Virus record (IMG/VR): IMGVR_UViG_3300038379_000173
Coordinates: 64,001 to 128,000 of that record
Origin: a virus
Taxonomy: Duplodnaviria; Heunggongvirae; Uroviricota; Caudoviricetes
Direction: 5' to 3' (one strand)
Length of the DNA: 64,000 bases
Each line of letters opens with the position of its first letter. Positions within the stretch are counted from its first letter, which is position 1. Both the position numbers and the translations under genes were made by a program. Below are positions 28,171 to 37,661 of the stretch, one piece after another. The notes beneath the pieces are model-generated. The model ran no database searches and was not told the DNA's origin. It saw nothing but the letters and a program-made list of their open reading frames with translations.

Positions 28171-29347
28171 TTACAGCTTTTGATAAATAAATGCACACCG
28201 TGCTCTGTGGTTTGTCGAACTTGTAATCATTATGTCAGCTATCCTTTTAAAGGATAATTTACTATACATCGGCAACACTTGGTCGAGCCAAATCAAAAAT
28301 CCGCCACGCTTCAAAAGCTGCGCACATTGTTTTACAACAGCTTCGCGTTTTATCATAGGATAACCGTATTTAAGAGCATCGGATTCAGCATAAGGCGCAT
28401 CTGCAATTATAATTCCAAATTGTTTATTAGGAAAATATGTCAAAAGTTGTGTCGCATCTCCAACAACATCTGGATTAAGTTCCTTATTGATGTCAAACGT
28501 TATACCTGGAAATTCTCCAATATATGCAGCATTCCTTGGTATAGAAAGAGAACCACTAAACAAATGTAACACATCGTCCTTTTTGTATTCAGGAAAAAGT
28601 GTTCTTATTCTAGAGAGATATTTATAAGGATACGCTCCATGATAACCAGAGCCCTTATAACAGGCTCCGATACACCAATTACCTACAATCCAGCCATTGC
28701 TATAAGTCATAGATGGGTATTCTGGAAAAGTATTGTTATACAACGCAACTCTATCAGCCAACGACAGAGTATCATGTGCAACAAATGTTTTTGCGAACGT
28801 AACTATATTCTTAGCATGCTCAAGAAATTCAGTCTCAGATAGCTTACCTTTCATTCTATTACAAGTCCAACAACACGGAACACAATTCTCGTATACATAA
28901 TGTTCATTACAATCTAATCTATCAATACCATTTTTGGTATGTAATGCTGACATTTTTTGTGCGGGTGTAGCATTACAATAATAACAATTGGAAGTTATTA
29001 AACAAGCAAATTCTTCTAAAGAAAGAAGATTCTCAACGGAGCCTTCGTGATGCCTTTGAATGTTAAGTTCAAAATTCTTAAACGCAGATTGTATTGCTTC
29101 TTCTTGAGAAGAACAAACCGCTTCTTTCCACGCGTCACTTTTGACGTTTAAATCTCTCTCATCTCTTTTTCTTTTTTCTTCACTACATTTATATCTACAA
29201 CTTTTAGAGCAATGCCTCTTATTAGCAATTTTACGTAAAAAAAACTTTGCCGCAAGTATCACAAGCAACCTCAACAACCTTGAAAAACTTCGGACAATCT
29301 GTTTTGTGGACACTAGCACTTTTACATATCTTACATCTATTAGCCAC
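28171..29347 (-). CDS. Zn-finger/HNH endonuclease fused to a DNA amino-methyltransferase-like domain; frameshifted at a T8 tract (29237-29244)
   Basis: GTG 29347 with GGAG RBS gives MANRCKIC...CDTCGKVFFT* (stop 29231-29233). Shifting +1 at the T8 run continues LRKIANKRHCSKSC. HNH: CYYC..GIDRLD..NCVPCCWTCNRMK. MTase: LHLFSG, DINKELNPDVVGDA, IIIADAPY. Confidence 0.8.
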
Positions 29348-29359
29348 GCTTGACTTCTC

Positions 29360-29824
29360 CTATCTCAACCTTTTTTGGCCCTCTAACTCAGCCTTTTGTG
29401 CTTTAAGTCGCGCTATTTTCATATCTAACTTTTTAACTGCCTCGGCGTCCCAGGCTGCTTTAAGTGCCGGCCACTCTTTGCTATGGCGCTCCCACAGCAC
29501 CATATTTTCAGTCCATTTTTTTAAGTCTTCTTTATAGTATGACAAGGCGTTTTTGTGAAATGGATTTTCAACCGTAACATGATAAATAGCACCAATAGTG
29601 CGAAGTCCACCACAATCACACTCGTCACTCATATCTAATTTAACGTCGTCAGCGTGAACAGACAAAGCTGCTTTTAGTTCACCGACAGTAGTACATTTAA
29701 ATATATCTATAGGTTGTGATTGTTCTTGTTGAATCAAGAGTTGCGGTTCAACTGGCTTCTCAGGTTTTAGAGGTGGAGCGCCCGGCCGAAACCATTTAGG
29801 AAATTTGGCCACCGTCCACTCCAT
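29360..29824 (-). CDS. Hypothetical protein (paralog B)
   Basis: Shares KFPKWFR...SKEWPALKA with the upstream gene. Confidence 0.65.
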   Translation of the reverse strand: MEWTVAKFPKWFRPGAPPLKPEKPVEPQLLIQQEQSQPIDIFKCTTVGELKAALSVHADDVKLDMSDECDCGGLRTIGAIYHVTVENPFHKNALSYYKEDLKKWTENMVLWERHSKEWPALKAAWDAEAVKKLDMKIARLKAQKAELEGQKRLR

Positions 29825-30254
29825 TAGCTTTCTTGGCCTGACGTATCGCCGCACGTTCTTTTTTCTTTGCCGCTTTTTCTACATCAAAGATGGCTTTAAG
29901 CGCCGGCCATTCTTTTGATTGGCGCTCATACTCTTTCAACTTCTCTTCATACTTAAGTAGTGCTTTTTCGTATTTTCTCATCAAGTACCCATATTCTTTC
30001 TCAGAAAGTTCTTCTAGTCCATATACGACCAACGATACATCAACACTAGAACAACAACTACAGCCACCATCGGATTCGACTTCAACGGTAGAATCTTTGT
30101 GAAACTTACTTAATTCTTCCATTAAGTTGCCAACGCTGCAACATGTCGGTAAAAAATCTTTTTTTTGACTTTGTTTAAACTTAGACGGAGGTAAAGGTTT
30201 ACCTGGTGGATACGGTTTGCTAGAAGCGCGAAACCACTTTGGATATTTACTCAC
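29796..30254 (-). CDS. Hypothetical protein (paralog A)
   Basis: KYPKWFR...SKEWPALKA; GTG start with GAGGAG RBS. Confidence 0.65.
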   Translation of the reverse strand: MSKYPKWFRASSKPYPPGKPLPPSKFKQSQKKDFLPTCCSVGNLMEELSKFHKDSTVEVESDGGCSCCSSVDVSLVVYGLEELSEKEYGYLMRKYEKALLKYEEKLKEYERQSKEWPALKAIFDVEKAAKKKERAAIRQAKKANGVDGGQIS

Positions 30255-30514
30255 TTCAACTTCTCCTCTAAAGCACGTATTGCGTCTTGATGCCACTCGA
30301 TGACAGAGATGATTTTGTCACGGTAGACAGCACCTCGCGCTGCCCTTTCTTCATCGCTCTCCGGTACGCTCTCGTCGAAGTATAGTGTACCTTCATCTAA
30401 TTCAACTGTAATGGGATGAGTAGACAGTGTCTCCACGTGTCCAATTACTTGCTTGAACTTCTCAAGCGGAATTAACTTACAACCAACTTTATAACTAAAA
30501 AGTGTTTTTTTCAT
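30251..30514 (-). CDS. Hypothetical protein
   Basis: Coupled ORF. Confidence 0.55.
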   Translation of the reverse strand: MKKTLFSYKVGCKLIPLEKFKQVIGHVETLSTHPITVELDEGTLYFDESVPESDEERAARGAVYRDKIISVIEWHQDAIRALEEKLK

Positions 30515-30527
30515 CTCGTATAACCTA

Positions 30528-30722
30528 TCACCAATCGTAGGTCCCAATCAAACACAACAGGCATTCGTTGGAATCTGGTAAAACCAGCCCGTGCGTAGCG
30601 CATCTAGTATTGAGAATTAGTTCAATGTCGCCAATAATGTCTTCTGGAGAAATGGTAAAACCAACCCCGAGGTCTTCCCTACATTCATACAAGAGTCGAC
30701 GAATTTCATCCAACTTTGTCAT
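30528..30722 (-). CDS. Hypothetical protein with C-terminal Cys/His cluster
   Basis: CATHG...CLLC. Confidence 0.5.
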   Translation of the reverse strand: MTKLDEIRRLLYECREDLGVGFTISPEDIIGDIELILNTRCATHGLVLPDSNECLLCLIGTYDW

Positions 30723-31128
30723 TGGCCGCCAATCTCTCTTTTACATATTCGGCCGCAGAAATATTAAATATCACCGCGGCGGCGTGGTCTTCATCTTCTT
30801 CGCCTTCCAACCATTGTACAAAATGTCTGAACGCACTTTCTTGAAAACGCTCCAACTCCTCTTGCGAATTGGCCTTCATCCAATTGTTTTTACCATACTT
30901 GACTTTCCCACGCGTCATCAAGCCGGCCCAACGCTTTAGCATCGGGAGATGACAGAGAGTAAAGTCCAACTTTCCATCTGCGGTATCTCGACGCATACCA
31001 GAGGCAAATTCGGCGCGTTTACCACTATCTTTGGTAACCCAACCATCTGGAGTTGAGATTTCTATTTGTTTAGGTTCGCTTGTGGGTTGTGTTTGTGCCA
31101 CAAAATTTGTAACATCTAAAGATGACAC
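30706..31128 (-). CDS. dATP/dGTP diphosphohydrolase-like (DUF5664-type)
   Basis: TKDSGKRAEFASGMRRD..GK.DF, G..KYG.NNW.K, SAFRH, EDHAAAV.FN. Confidence 0.8.
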   Translation of the reverse strand: MSSLDVTNFVAQTQPTSEPKQIEISTPDGWVTKDSGKRAEFASGMRRDTADGKLDFTLCHLPMLKRWAGLMTRGKVKYGKNNWMKANSQEELERFQESAFRHFVQWLEGEEDEDHAAAVIFNISAAEYVKERLAANDKVG

Positions 31129-31712
31129 AGCGGCCTCCCTATTAATTGTGCTTCTTTGTCCAGAAATTCAGCCCAAGACTTCACGCGTATGAGCCAAGTG
31201 TCGTCTAAAAAACGGTTTACTTTTGAATCCATACAATATATCGTGGCGCGAGTATTAATAGCTAGGTCAGTCAATACGGATGGTGAATCATCAATGATAG
31301 CATCGCAACTCAATTCATTTACAATTGGAGACTTAGAGTCCTCTACTACCCTTAGTTGTTTATGGAATGGCAGATTTAGATTTTCTAAAGCGAACTTTGT
31401 GTCTTCCTTTGTGTATGAGGGACGTTTTGTTACGTACCAAAGGTCGTAACCATTCGCTGCCAATGTCCAAAGAGCCTTAACTGAACCGTCAAAAGGTTTC
31501 AGATTACGATACCCGCCGGCACGGCCAAAATTCTCAAAGGTACGCCAAAACATCTCCTCAGATAACCCCGGCACACTTTTAAACCACAAATAATCTGTTA
31601 TGTCTTCTTCTTTAATAGACAAATTCAAGGAACTATTCATATAGTCTAAAAACGCACTAAACCAATCTAGAACAGTTCCGTCCAAGTCAACCATAAGTCT
31701 ACGTCCGCCCAT
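31116..31712 (-). CDS. HAD-family 5'(3')-deoxyribonucleotidase-like
   Basis: VDLDGTV (HAD motif I), YVTKR, K, IIDDS. Confidence 0.8.
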   Translation of the reverse strand: MGGRRLMVDLDGTVLDWFSAFLDYMNSSLNLSIKEEDITDYLWFKSVPGLSEEMFWRTFENFGRAGGYRNLKPFDGSVKALWTLAANGYDLWYVTKRPSYTKEDTKFALENLNLPFHKQLRVVEDSKSPIVNELSCDAIIDDSPSVLTDLAINTRATIYCMDSKVNRFLDDTWLIRVKSWAEFLDKEAQLIGRPLCHL

Positions 31713-32706
31713 AGACCAACTCTCTCAATGCTTCTGCTGGCATTTCGCCTAAATCCTTATATTCTTTTGGAATTTGAAGTTCAGACACGGTAAACAAACA
31801 TCGCGCCATTTTAATTGCCGCACTTTGTCCCATCCTACCGGCAGTATCATTATCTAGTGCGAAAATTAATTTTGTAGCGCCCATGGACATTAAAACTGTC
31901 ATCTGTTCATTATAAAGCTGGCGACCCATTACGGCCACTCCATTGTGGACCCCAGCTTGCTCCAATCTCAATACGTCAAAAGCTCCCTCGCAAATAATGG
32001 CCGTTTCAGTTTTCTGAATATGTTCTGCGGCAAAATTAGCATTAAATACATTCCGACACATCCAAGTGCCATTACGAGAATGAAGCCATTTCGGAATACC
32101 TTTAGTTTTCCAATCAGGGTCTAACGTCCGCCCTGAAAAGCCGACAATTTCTCCGGCGGCATTTACTACTGGAACAACAAGACGGCCCCACATAAATTTC
32201 CCAGGCGTGAAACACGCACCGATTTGATAGCGTTGTACCAATTCAACCGGATATCCGCGTTCCTTCACCATATAATCATGCCACGACAAACGCTTCAAGC
32301 ATTCCTGCGGATATGTTATTTGTGCAGCGTTTCGTCGTTTAAAATCAAAAATGAATTCGCGGTTAGCTTTTCTGTCTTTTAGTAATTTAATTTTTTCAGG
32401 AGTGATTTCCTCACCAATGAATTCACGAACCCACTTAACTGCCTCTTTGAACTCTATTTGTCTAATGCCGGCAACCAAACCAAATATACTACTCCCGTAT
32501 GTTTTATCACAACCCCGACTCCAACATTTCCAAAAGCCACGGTCAATATGCCACGAGAAGGCATTAGCGTTATCACCCATGTGAACAGGACAACTGCCTA
32601 CCAACGAATGATATCGCTCCTTATACGGAATATCCAGAATTTCGAATATATCACGGATGCGTTCGTTTGCCATCTCACGCAGCCCGATATACTGGTCGCC
32701 CATCAA
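31699..32706 (-). CDS. dnaG: DNA primase (zinc-binding + TOPRIM)
   Basis: CPVH...CWSRGC, RLVVP, GFSGR, ICEGAFDV, DNDTAG. Confidence 0.9.
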   Translation of the reverse strand: MMGDQYIGLREMANERIRDIFEILDIPYKERYHSLVGSCPVHMGDNANAFSWHIDRGFWKCWSRGCDKTYGSSIFGLVAGIRQIEFKEAVKWVREFIGEEITPEKIKLLKDRKANREFIFDFKRRNAAQITYPQECLKRLSWHDYMVKERGYPVELVQRYQIGACFTPGKFMWGRLVVPVVNAAGEIVGFSGRTLDPDWKTKGIPKWLHSRNGTWMCRNVFNANFAAEHIQKTETAIICEGAFDVLRLEQAGVHNGVAVMGRQLYNEQMTVLMSMGATKLIFALDNDTAGRMGQSAAIKMARCLFTVSELQIPKEYKDLGEMPAEALRELVYGRT

Positions 32707-34136
32707 TCCTCCCGAACTGTACCAAATTGTGCTATGTCGTCATCACTTAGATTGTGTTGTTGTTGAAGCGTACTTATTATTTCAGATTGCCGATGACCCT
32801 CCCTAAATTGTCCTGAGGACTTATTAAAGTGCACATTTAGACATTCATTATAACCATGCCCAGGCCCCTTGCGAGCCAACACCGTCTTAAAAATATGCGT
32901 GCCCATAGCTTCGCCGTCTAAACCAATCTCCTCTGCGTTTTTTGGTCTAAAAAGAGTCAAAGAGTCCAAATTGTGTGTGATACGGTCGGAGCCACTAACT
33001 GTGGCCTCGTTATCTAATTTAAGTCCATCTCTATTAAGTTGTCCAAGGGCCAATATTGGAATATTAAGTTGTGCCGCTATGTCGTGTATAGCCGACATTA
33101 AAAACCCAAGCACTTGATATTCTTGGGCGTGCTTAAGGTCGTTCATATCCATCAACTTAATATAATCATACACCACTAAACACTTAGGTTTCTCACCAAC
33201 AGATTCGCCAACATACTGGTGGACAAATTTACGAATAATTGGTATGACATATTTGTATGACTTACCGGCGATATTCTTATAGTAAAGAGGTGCTCCCTTT
33301 ACTTTTTTAAAGGCCGCTTTAACTTTATGCATCTCTTCGTCATTGTTTTTCCACGCGCCAGTTTCAATGCGCGAAAATGATACACCTGACAAAATCCCAC
33401 AAAGACGCATTTGCTGGTCCCTTGCTTGCAGTTCAGTATCTAGATATAAGCTAGGTAGTCGTTGTTCAATAGCTGCTTGTGCTACAGCATACGCACTAAA
33501 TTGTGACTTACCAACTTTAGCTCGAGCAAAAACACCAGTAACTGTTCCATTACGTAATCCGCCACAATCACGCTGCCATCTTGGGAACCCCAAATCTATA
33601 CCTAACTCTGCATTATAGTTTGCATACTGTTCAATCGTTTCCTCAAAATCATTTGATAAACAAACGATATCTTCATCAACCTTATCCACCATCCGCATAG
33701 TGTTAAGGATTTTTTCTTCGACTAGATTCCTAAGGTCAATAGCATGACCATTAAATTCTTCTACTTCGTCCTTTAAAGAATCCAGAGTTTCGATAGTCAC
33801 ACGTTTTATAGCGGCCTTTTTAACAGCCGCGACATGTTTCCCTAAGGTGTCAGGATTAACACTAGTTTGTTCTAAAACATGAAGAAGCTCGCCGCCCTGG
33901 GTTAACTCAAGAAATTCCTTTACACCTTTTTCTTCTGCATGAGAAATAAGCGTTGTGTAATCTACACACGCATGACGGTCAGTTATGAGTAGGTCATGTA
34001 GAATGGAAAATATGATACGCGTGCCTGTGTTTGTAAAATCATTCTCTACTATGACATCATCAATCTCAAACAATTTCCCTGGATGCTTTAACAAAATAGA
34101 AAGAAGTGCGCGCTCAGCCCCGATTGCTTCCAACAT
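32703..34136 (-). CDS. dnaB: Replicative DnaB-like helicase
   Basis: AERALLS, Walker A ARAKVGKS, YLDTEL, VYDYIKL, LGQLNR, GSDRI; start refined to ATG 34136. Confidence 0.9.
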   Translation of the reverse strand: MLEAIGAERALLSILLKHPGKLFEIDDVIVENDFTNTGTRIIFSILHDLLITDRHACVDYTTLISHAEEKGVKEFLELTQGGELLHVLEQTSVNPDTLGKHVAAVKKAAIKRVTIETLDSLKDEVEEFNGHAIDLRNLVEEKILNTMRMVDKVDEDIVCLSNDFEETIEQYANYNAELGIDLGFPRWQRDCGGLRNGTVTGVFARAKVGKSQFSAYAVAQAAIEQRLPSLYLDTELQARDQQMRLCGILSGVSFSRIETGAWKNNDEEMHKVKAAFKKVKGAPLYYKNIAGKSYKYVIPIIRKFVHQYVGESVGEKPKCLVVYDYIKLMDMNDLKHAQEYQVLGFLMSAIHDIAAQLNIPILALGQLNRDGLKLDNEATVSGSDRITHNLDSLTLFRPKNAEEIGLDGEAMGTHIFKTVLARKGPGHGYNECLNVHFNKSSGQFREGHRQSEIISTLQQQHNLSDDDIAQFGTVRED

Positions 34137-34491
34137 GGAGTCCTCTCGATTTACAGTAATAGATTGTCTTAAAAGCATCTAATTTGTGACGAACAGCGTC
34201 ATGAACCGGCTTGATAATACTCAACTTAATCCTCTCTAACCGCGCACGCTCATCGTCAGCTTGTTCAAAATACTTTACGCGAGCATACAATGTGCCCATT
34301 TCTTTGGCCAAATAAACCAAATAATTTGCCAGCGTCACAACTACTTCATCCAATGAAGTTAATTCCATCGAGCGGATTTCTCCTCCGCTTAAATTCATAG
34401 CACGCTCGATATCTTGATTAACTGGGAGACGAATATAACCCAAGCACGTATCATCAAGCCATTTGGAGATAGATTCTTTTATCTCACTCAT
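34114..34491 (-). CDS. Hypothetical coiled-coil protein
   Basis: Coupled ORF between the nuclease and helicase genes. Confidence 0.6.
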   Translation of the reverse strand: MSEIKESISKWLDDTCLGYIRLPVNQDIERAMNLSGGEIRSMELTSLDEVVVTLANYLVYLAKEMGTLYARVKYFEQADDERARLERIKLSIIKPVHDAVRHKLDAFKTIYYCKSRGLHVGSNRG

Positions 34492-34892
34492 CCTGCCGCC
34501 AAACACCGTTTTATCGTTGTTACATCTAAAGTATACTGGATAGTGACTAGGTGTAATTTGTTAGTCGCACACCACTCCGCCTTGCGCTCATCTCTAGCGC
34601 GTTGAGCAAGAAAAGTCGCCTTGTCAGTATGATAGAATGGATTAAAAGTATCGTGTTGTTGACCCTGAGCCTCGACCACTAATTTCTTGCGTGGCAAGAA
34701 GAAATCTACATAGAGATGTTCTCCTAAACAAGGAAACTCTTCTAGAATGATTTCTGTTGGATAGAGTTCACTCAAAACTTCACCAACTAACCATTGAAAG
34801 TGACTCCGGGCACTTTCTTTATCCTTGCGCGGCCAGGCTGAAGGACGTATATCAATAGAATGCGCGCGCCCTTTTAGGTCCAAAAAGTGCAT
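34488..34892 (-). CDS. DUF559/Vsr-like endonuclease
   Basis: LYVDFFLP..KLVVEAQGQQH...RD..K..WC. Confidence 0.75.
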   Translation of the reverse strand: MHFLDLKGRAHSIDIRPSAWPRKDKESARSHFQWLVGEVLSELYPTEIILEEFPCLGEHLYVDFFLPRKKLVVEAQGQQHDTFNPFYHTDKATFLAQRARDERKAEWCATNKLHLVTIQYTLDVTTIKRCLAAG

Positions 34893-35860
34893 TAGATTAC
34901 AGTCGCAAGTTTCTGAGCAACTCTAGTGCGTAGCCCAACATCGTTTGTGAGAGCTTCAAGCATATCACTTTCTTGACGTTTAACGTCCTCAAATGTATAC
35001 CAGCCGCCGCCTTTCGTATACTCAATAACACCAAGTTCCTTAGCAAATTGTAGGAGGTCCAAGATACGGTCAATGCCGCGACCGAAAATAATTGGAAATT
35101 CTACTTCTCGACACGGTGGCCCTTGATTATTCTTGATGACCTTACAAGATGTCATCTGGCCATATACATTACCTTTTTTATCTTTTAGATACGAAGATTC
35201 TGTTTTTTTCAGGCGAACACGCTGGGCGGCAATATCCTTTACTGCCTTCCCACCCTTAGTCAGGTCCCCTGACTGGTATGGATTCATCTTGGCAGTTATG
35301 TGGGAGATAAACAACACCATACATTTATTACGTTCAGTAGGCCCATTTATTTTACGAATCATCTTGGCAGCTAATTTTGCCACAGCACCCATTTGTTGTT
35401 TCTCGGCATCTTCTGAATCCTCGACCTCAGGAAGCATTGCAGTAAGAGAGTCGAAAATAATTACACAGCCCGGTGAATTATTCAGACATTCAAGTACTTT
35501 GTTAACTGCTTCCTCACCATTATCAGGCCGAATACGGATGAAGAGAGAGAGATTAAGCCCTTTGACCATCTGGACTTGCGAACGAACCAACTTGCGCTCA
35601 AGGTCAAAGTAATAAACTTGCTTACCCATCTGGGTAGCGTTGGCGCAAACTTCGAGCGCCAGCGTGGTTTTACCACACCCCTCCTCACTGTAAATCTCAT
35701 TAATTGAGCCTTCCACAAAGGGATTAACAAGAGCCCAGTCAAGCCTTACGCTTCCCGTTGAAATAGGCTTTGGGTCTTCCAAGAGAATATCTTGGCCGGC
35801 AACAGCCTGCTTGCCCCATTCCTTTAAAAGGCTTTCGGAAAATCCAGCTAATTCTGCCAT
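34892..35860 (-). CDS. recA: RecA/UvsX-like recombinase
   Basis: ISTGS, Walker A EEGCGKTT, FDLE, IIFDS, GGKAVK, KVIKN, FGRGID, GGWY. Confidence 0.92.
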   Translation of the reverse strand: MAELAGFSESLLKEWGKQAVAGQDILLEDPKPISTGSVRLDWALVNPFVEGSINEIYSEEGCGKTTLALEVCANATQMGKQVYYFDLERKLVRSQVQMVKGLNLSLFIRIRPDNGEEAVNKVLECLNNSPGCVIIFDSLTAMLPEVEDSEDAEKQQMGAVAKLAAKMIRKINGPTERNKCMVLFISHITAKMNPYQSGDLTKGGKAVKDIAAQRVRLKKTESSYLKDKKGNVYGQMTSCKVIKNNQGPPCREVEFPIIFGRGIDRILDLLQFAKELGVIEYTKGGGWYTFEDVKRQESDMLEALTNDVGLRTRVAQKLATVI

Positions 35861-35883
35861 ATATCCTCCAGTACTAATATAGG
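35861..35883 (-). promoter_or_regulatory. CCTATATTA...GGAGGAT element upstream of recA (near-identical one upstream of ssb at 18802-18825)
   Basis: recA: CCTATATTA-GTACT-GGAGGATAT-ATG; ssb: CCTATATTA-TTGTCA-GGAGGATTT-ATG. Confidence 0.5.
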
Positions 35884-35908
35884 AGGAGAAAACACCAGTA
35901 TATTTTCC

Positions 35909-36223
35909 TTAACCCTTCAAACGTCCTTGAGCACGACCAAAGCCGCCAACGGAATGTTGAGAAGTCCTGTAACCCCAATAGTTTATCAGTCTAGATGTCG
36001 AGGATGTGACTAATCCTGAACTGCTTACTTCGACAGGAGTACCTTGTGATACATCTTGGATAAGTAGAGCGGTAGAAACAACGACTGGTGTTCCTTGTGG
36101 GATACTAGGCTGCAAAAGTGTAGTTCTGATTAAAACAGGGGCGCCAAAGTAAGATGTGTAGACAGCCTCATATGAGGCGCTATCCCAAACTGGGAACCCT
36201 AATTTAAAATCAGTTTCGGCCAT
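35909..36223 (-). CDS. Hypothetical protein with internal QGTPV.VS duplication
   Basis: LLQPSIPQGTPVVVS / LLIQDVSQGTPVEVS. Confidence 0.55.
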   Translation of the reverse strand: MAETDFKLGFPVWDSASYEAVYTSYFGAPVLIRTTLLQPSIPQGTPVVVSTALLIQDVSQGTPVEVSSSGLVTSSTSRLINYWGYRTSQHSVGGFGRAQGRLKG

Positions 36224-36226
36224 AGA

Positions 36227-37660
36227 CTAACTCGTATAAAAAACTTCACCGACTGCTAGTGGCATTGAATCGCTAACCAATCCATCTTGCGCTGCTTCCC
36301 ACGTCATAGTATAGAGCACATCCGCATTTTTCACTGTTAAACCCACCACATAATTACCAGACAACGAGCCGTGTGACGTAGCGGATAGCGTAGCCAATCT
36401 CTCTAATGGGTCGCCATCTAGCGCATAACGCAATCCAACAGCAACACCTGTAGTGTCTTGCGGCCCATTTAAGTGATAATTTACATTTATCATGTCGCCA
36501 ACAACGGCTGACGACACATAAGTCCAACTAAGTTCGCCCGTTACTAACATTGTGCGATGGCCGCCACCGTATTGGTCTTGTGGTAATGAAAACAAGAATG
36601 GGTCAGCCGCAGCGCCTAAGAATGTAACACGCGTATCTGGGCCATTCCATCTGTAGAAAGAAACTTCTACACCCGAACTTGTTGCATTTGCGGCATAAGC
36701 CAATATTCTAGTTGTATCGCCAGGTATACTTTCTGTGTCAGTTACAACCCACCATTTGTCGGCGGTAGAAGCGGCTGAAGTAGTAAATGGTAGAACAGTA
36801 GAAGCGATGTTGGTTCCACCTGCAATTGTACCGTCTGTATTGAATGTAACACGCCATACACCAACCGCAGTAGAAGTGGCACCAACGCCAAAATAATAGA
36901 TGTGTCCATCTTCAGTAAAAGCAATGGGTTTATGATTCAAGCCGGGGTTAGCTGTCGCACCAAATGTACCTAATGAATTAACCATCGGACCTTCGACTGC
37001 ACTAACCCTAAAAGCAGTGCCAGCCGTATTATGACCAATCAAATACAAATTGCCACTTTGAGTGACTAGTGAACCGCAAGCCTGTCTATGATGATTCGCA
37101 CTTATATCATTTGATAGCGTAATAGCATCCGTTTCAGGATTAAGATTCAAAATATGAACAACGCCGCCATTAGTAATACTTTGCCAATAGAGTCTATTAT
37201 TAAACACCAATGGGGTTTTAAATCCTAACAAGCTGTGGTCTATATTTGTATCTATTGTAGATAGAAACACATTAGTATCATCAGGTTTAATAATAAGTGG
37301 ACGAATAATATCATTCGTAGTAGTTGCATAAACTGTCGCAAGAACATGTTGACCACCCCGTACAAGCGGATAAAGTCCAAGAGCACCAGCATTAGCCCCA
37401 AGGCCAGGGGATAACAAAGAAACTATTTTACCCCAACTATTACCACTAGCCGCTGACAATTTGTAAATACCATCTTCGGATGCCATCGCATAAACGCCAC
37501 TCTGCCATTGTACAACACAATTCTCATAAGTCATTTCATCGTCCGGATTGTTATGCGAAAATCCAAACGTATTACCGATTTTGGTTAGAAAACCATCGAC
37601 TAAACTATAAACAGAATTAGTCCCGACAACCCTATTTCGCATTACAAGTAATGGACGCAT
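36227..37660 (-). CDS. Beta-rich putative virion/tail-associated protein (paralog of 37662..39284)
   Basis: G/S/T-rich, propeller-like repeats; shares LGLYP, PQD..GGG.R and SHG..N motifs with its neighbour. Confidence 0.55.
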   Translation of the reverse strand: MRPLLVMRNRVVGTNSVYSLVDGFLTKIGNTFGFSHNNPDDEMTYENCVVQWQSGVYAMASEDGIYKLSAASGNSWGKIVSLLSPGLGANAGALGLYPLVRGGQHVLATVYATTTNDIIRPLIIKPDDTNVFLSTIDTNIDHSLLGFKTPLVFNNRLYWQSITNGGVVHILNLNPETDAITLSNDISANHHRQACGSLVTQSGNLYLIGHNTAGTAFRVSAVEGPMVNSLGTFGATANPGLNHKPIAFTEDGHIYYFGVGATSTAVGVWRVTFNTDGTIAGGTNIASTVLPFTTSAASTADKWWVVTDTESIPGDTTRILAYAANATSSGVEVSFYRWNGPDTRVTFLGAAADPFLFSLPQDQYGGGHRTMLVTGELSWTYVSSAVVGDMINVNYHLNGPQDTTGVAVGLRYALDGDPLERLATLSATSHGSLSGNYVVGLTVKNADVLYTMTWEAAQDGLVSDSMPLAVGEVFYTS

Positions 37661-37661
37661 A

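Noticed and set aside
30706-31128. Z-genome (2-aminoadenine) pathway
   Set aside because: No PurZ or DatZ-like gene in the window; a diphosphohydrolase alone is insufficient.
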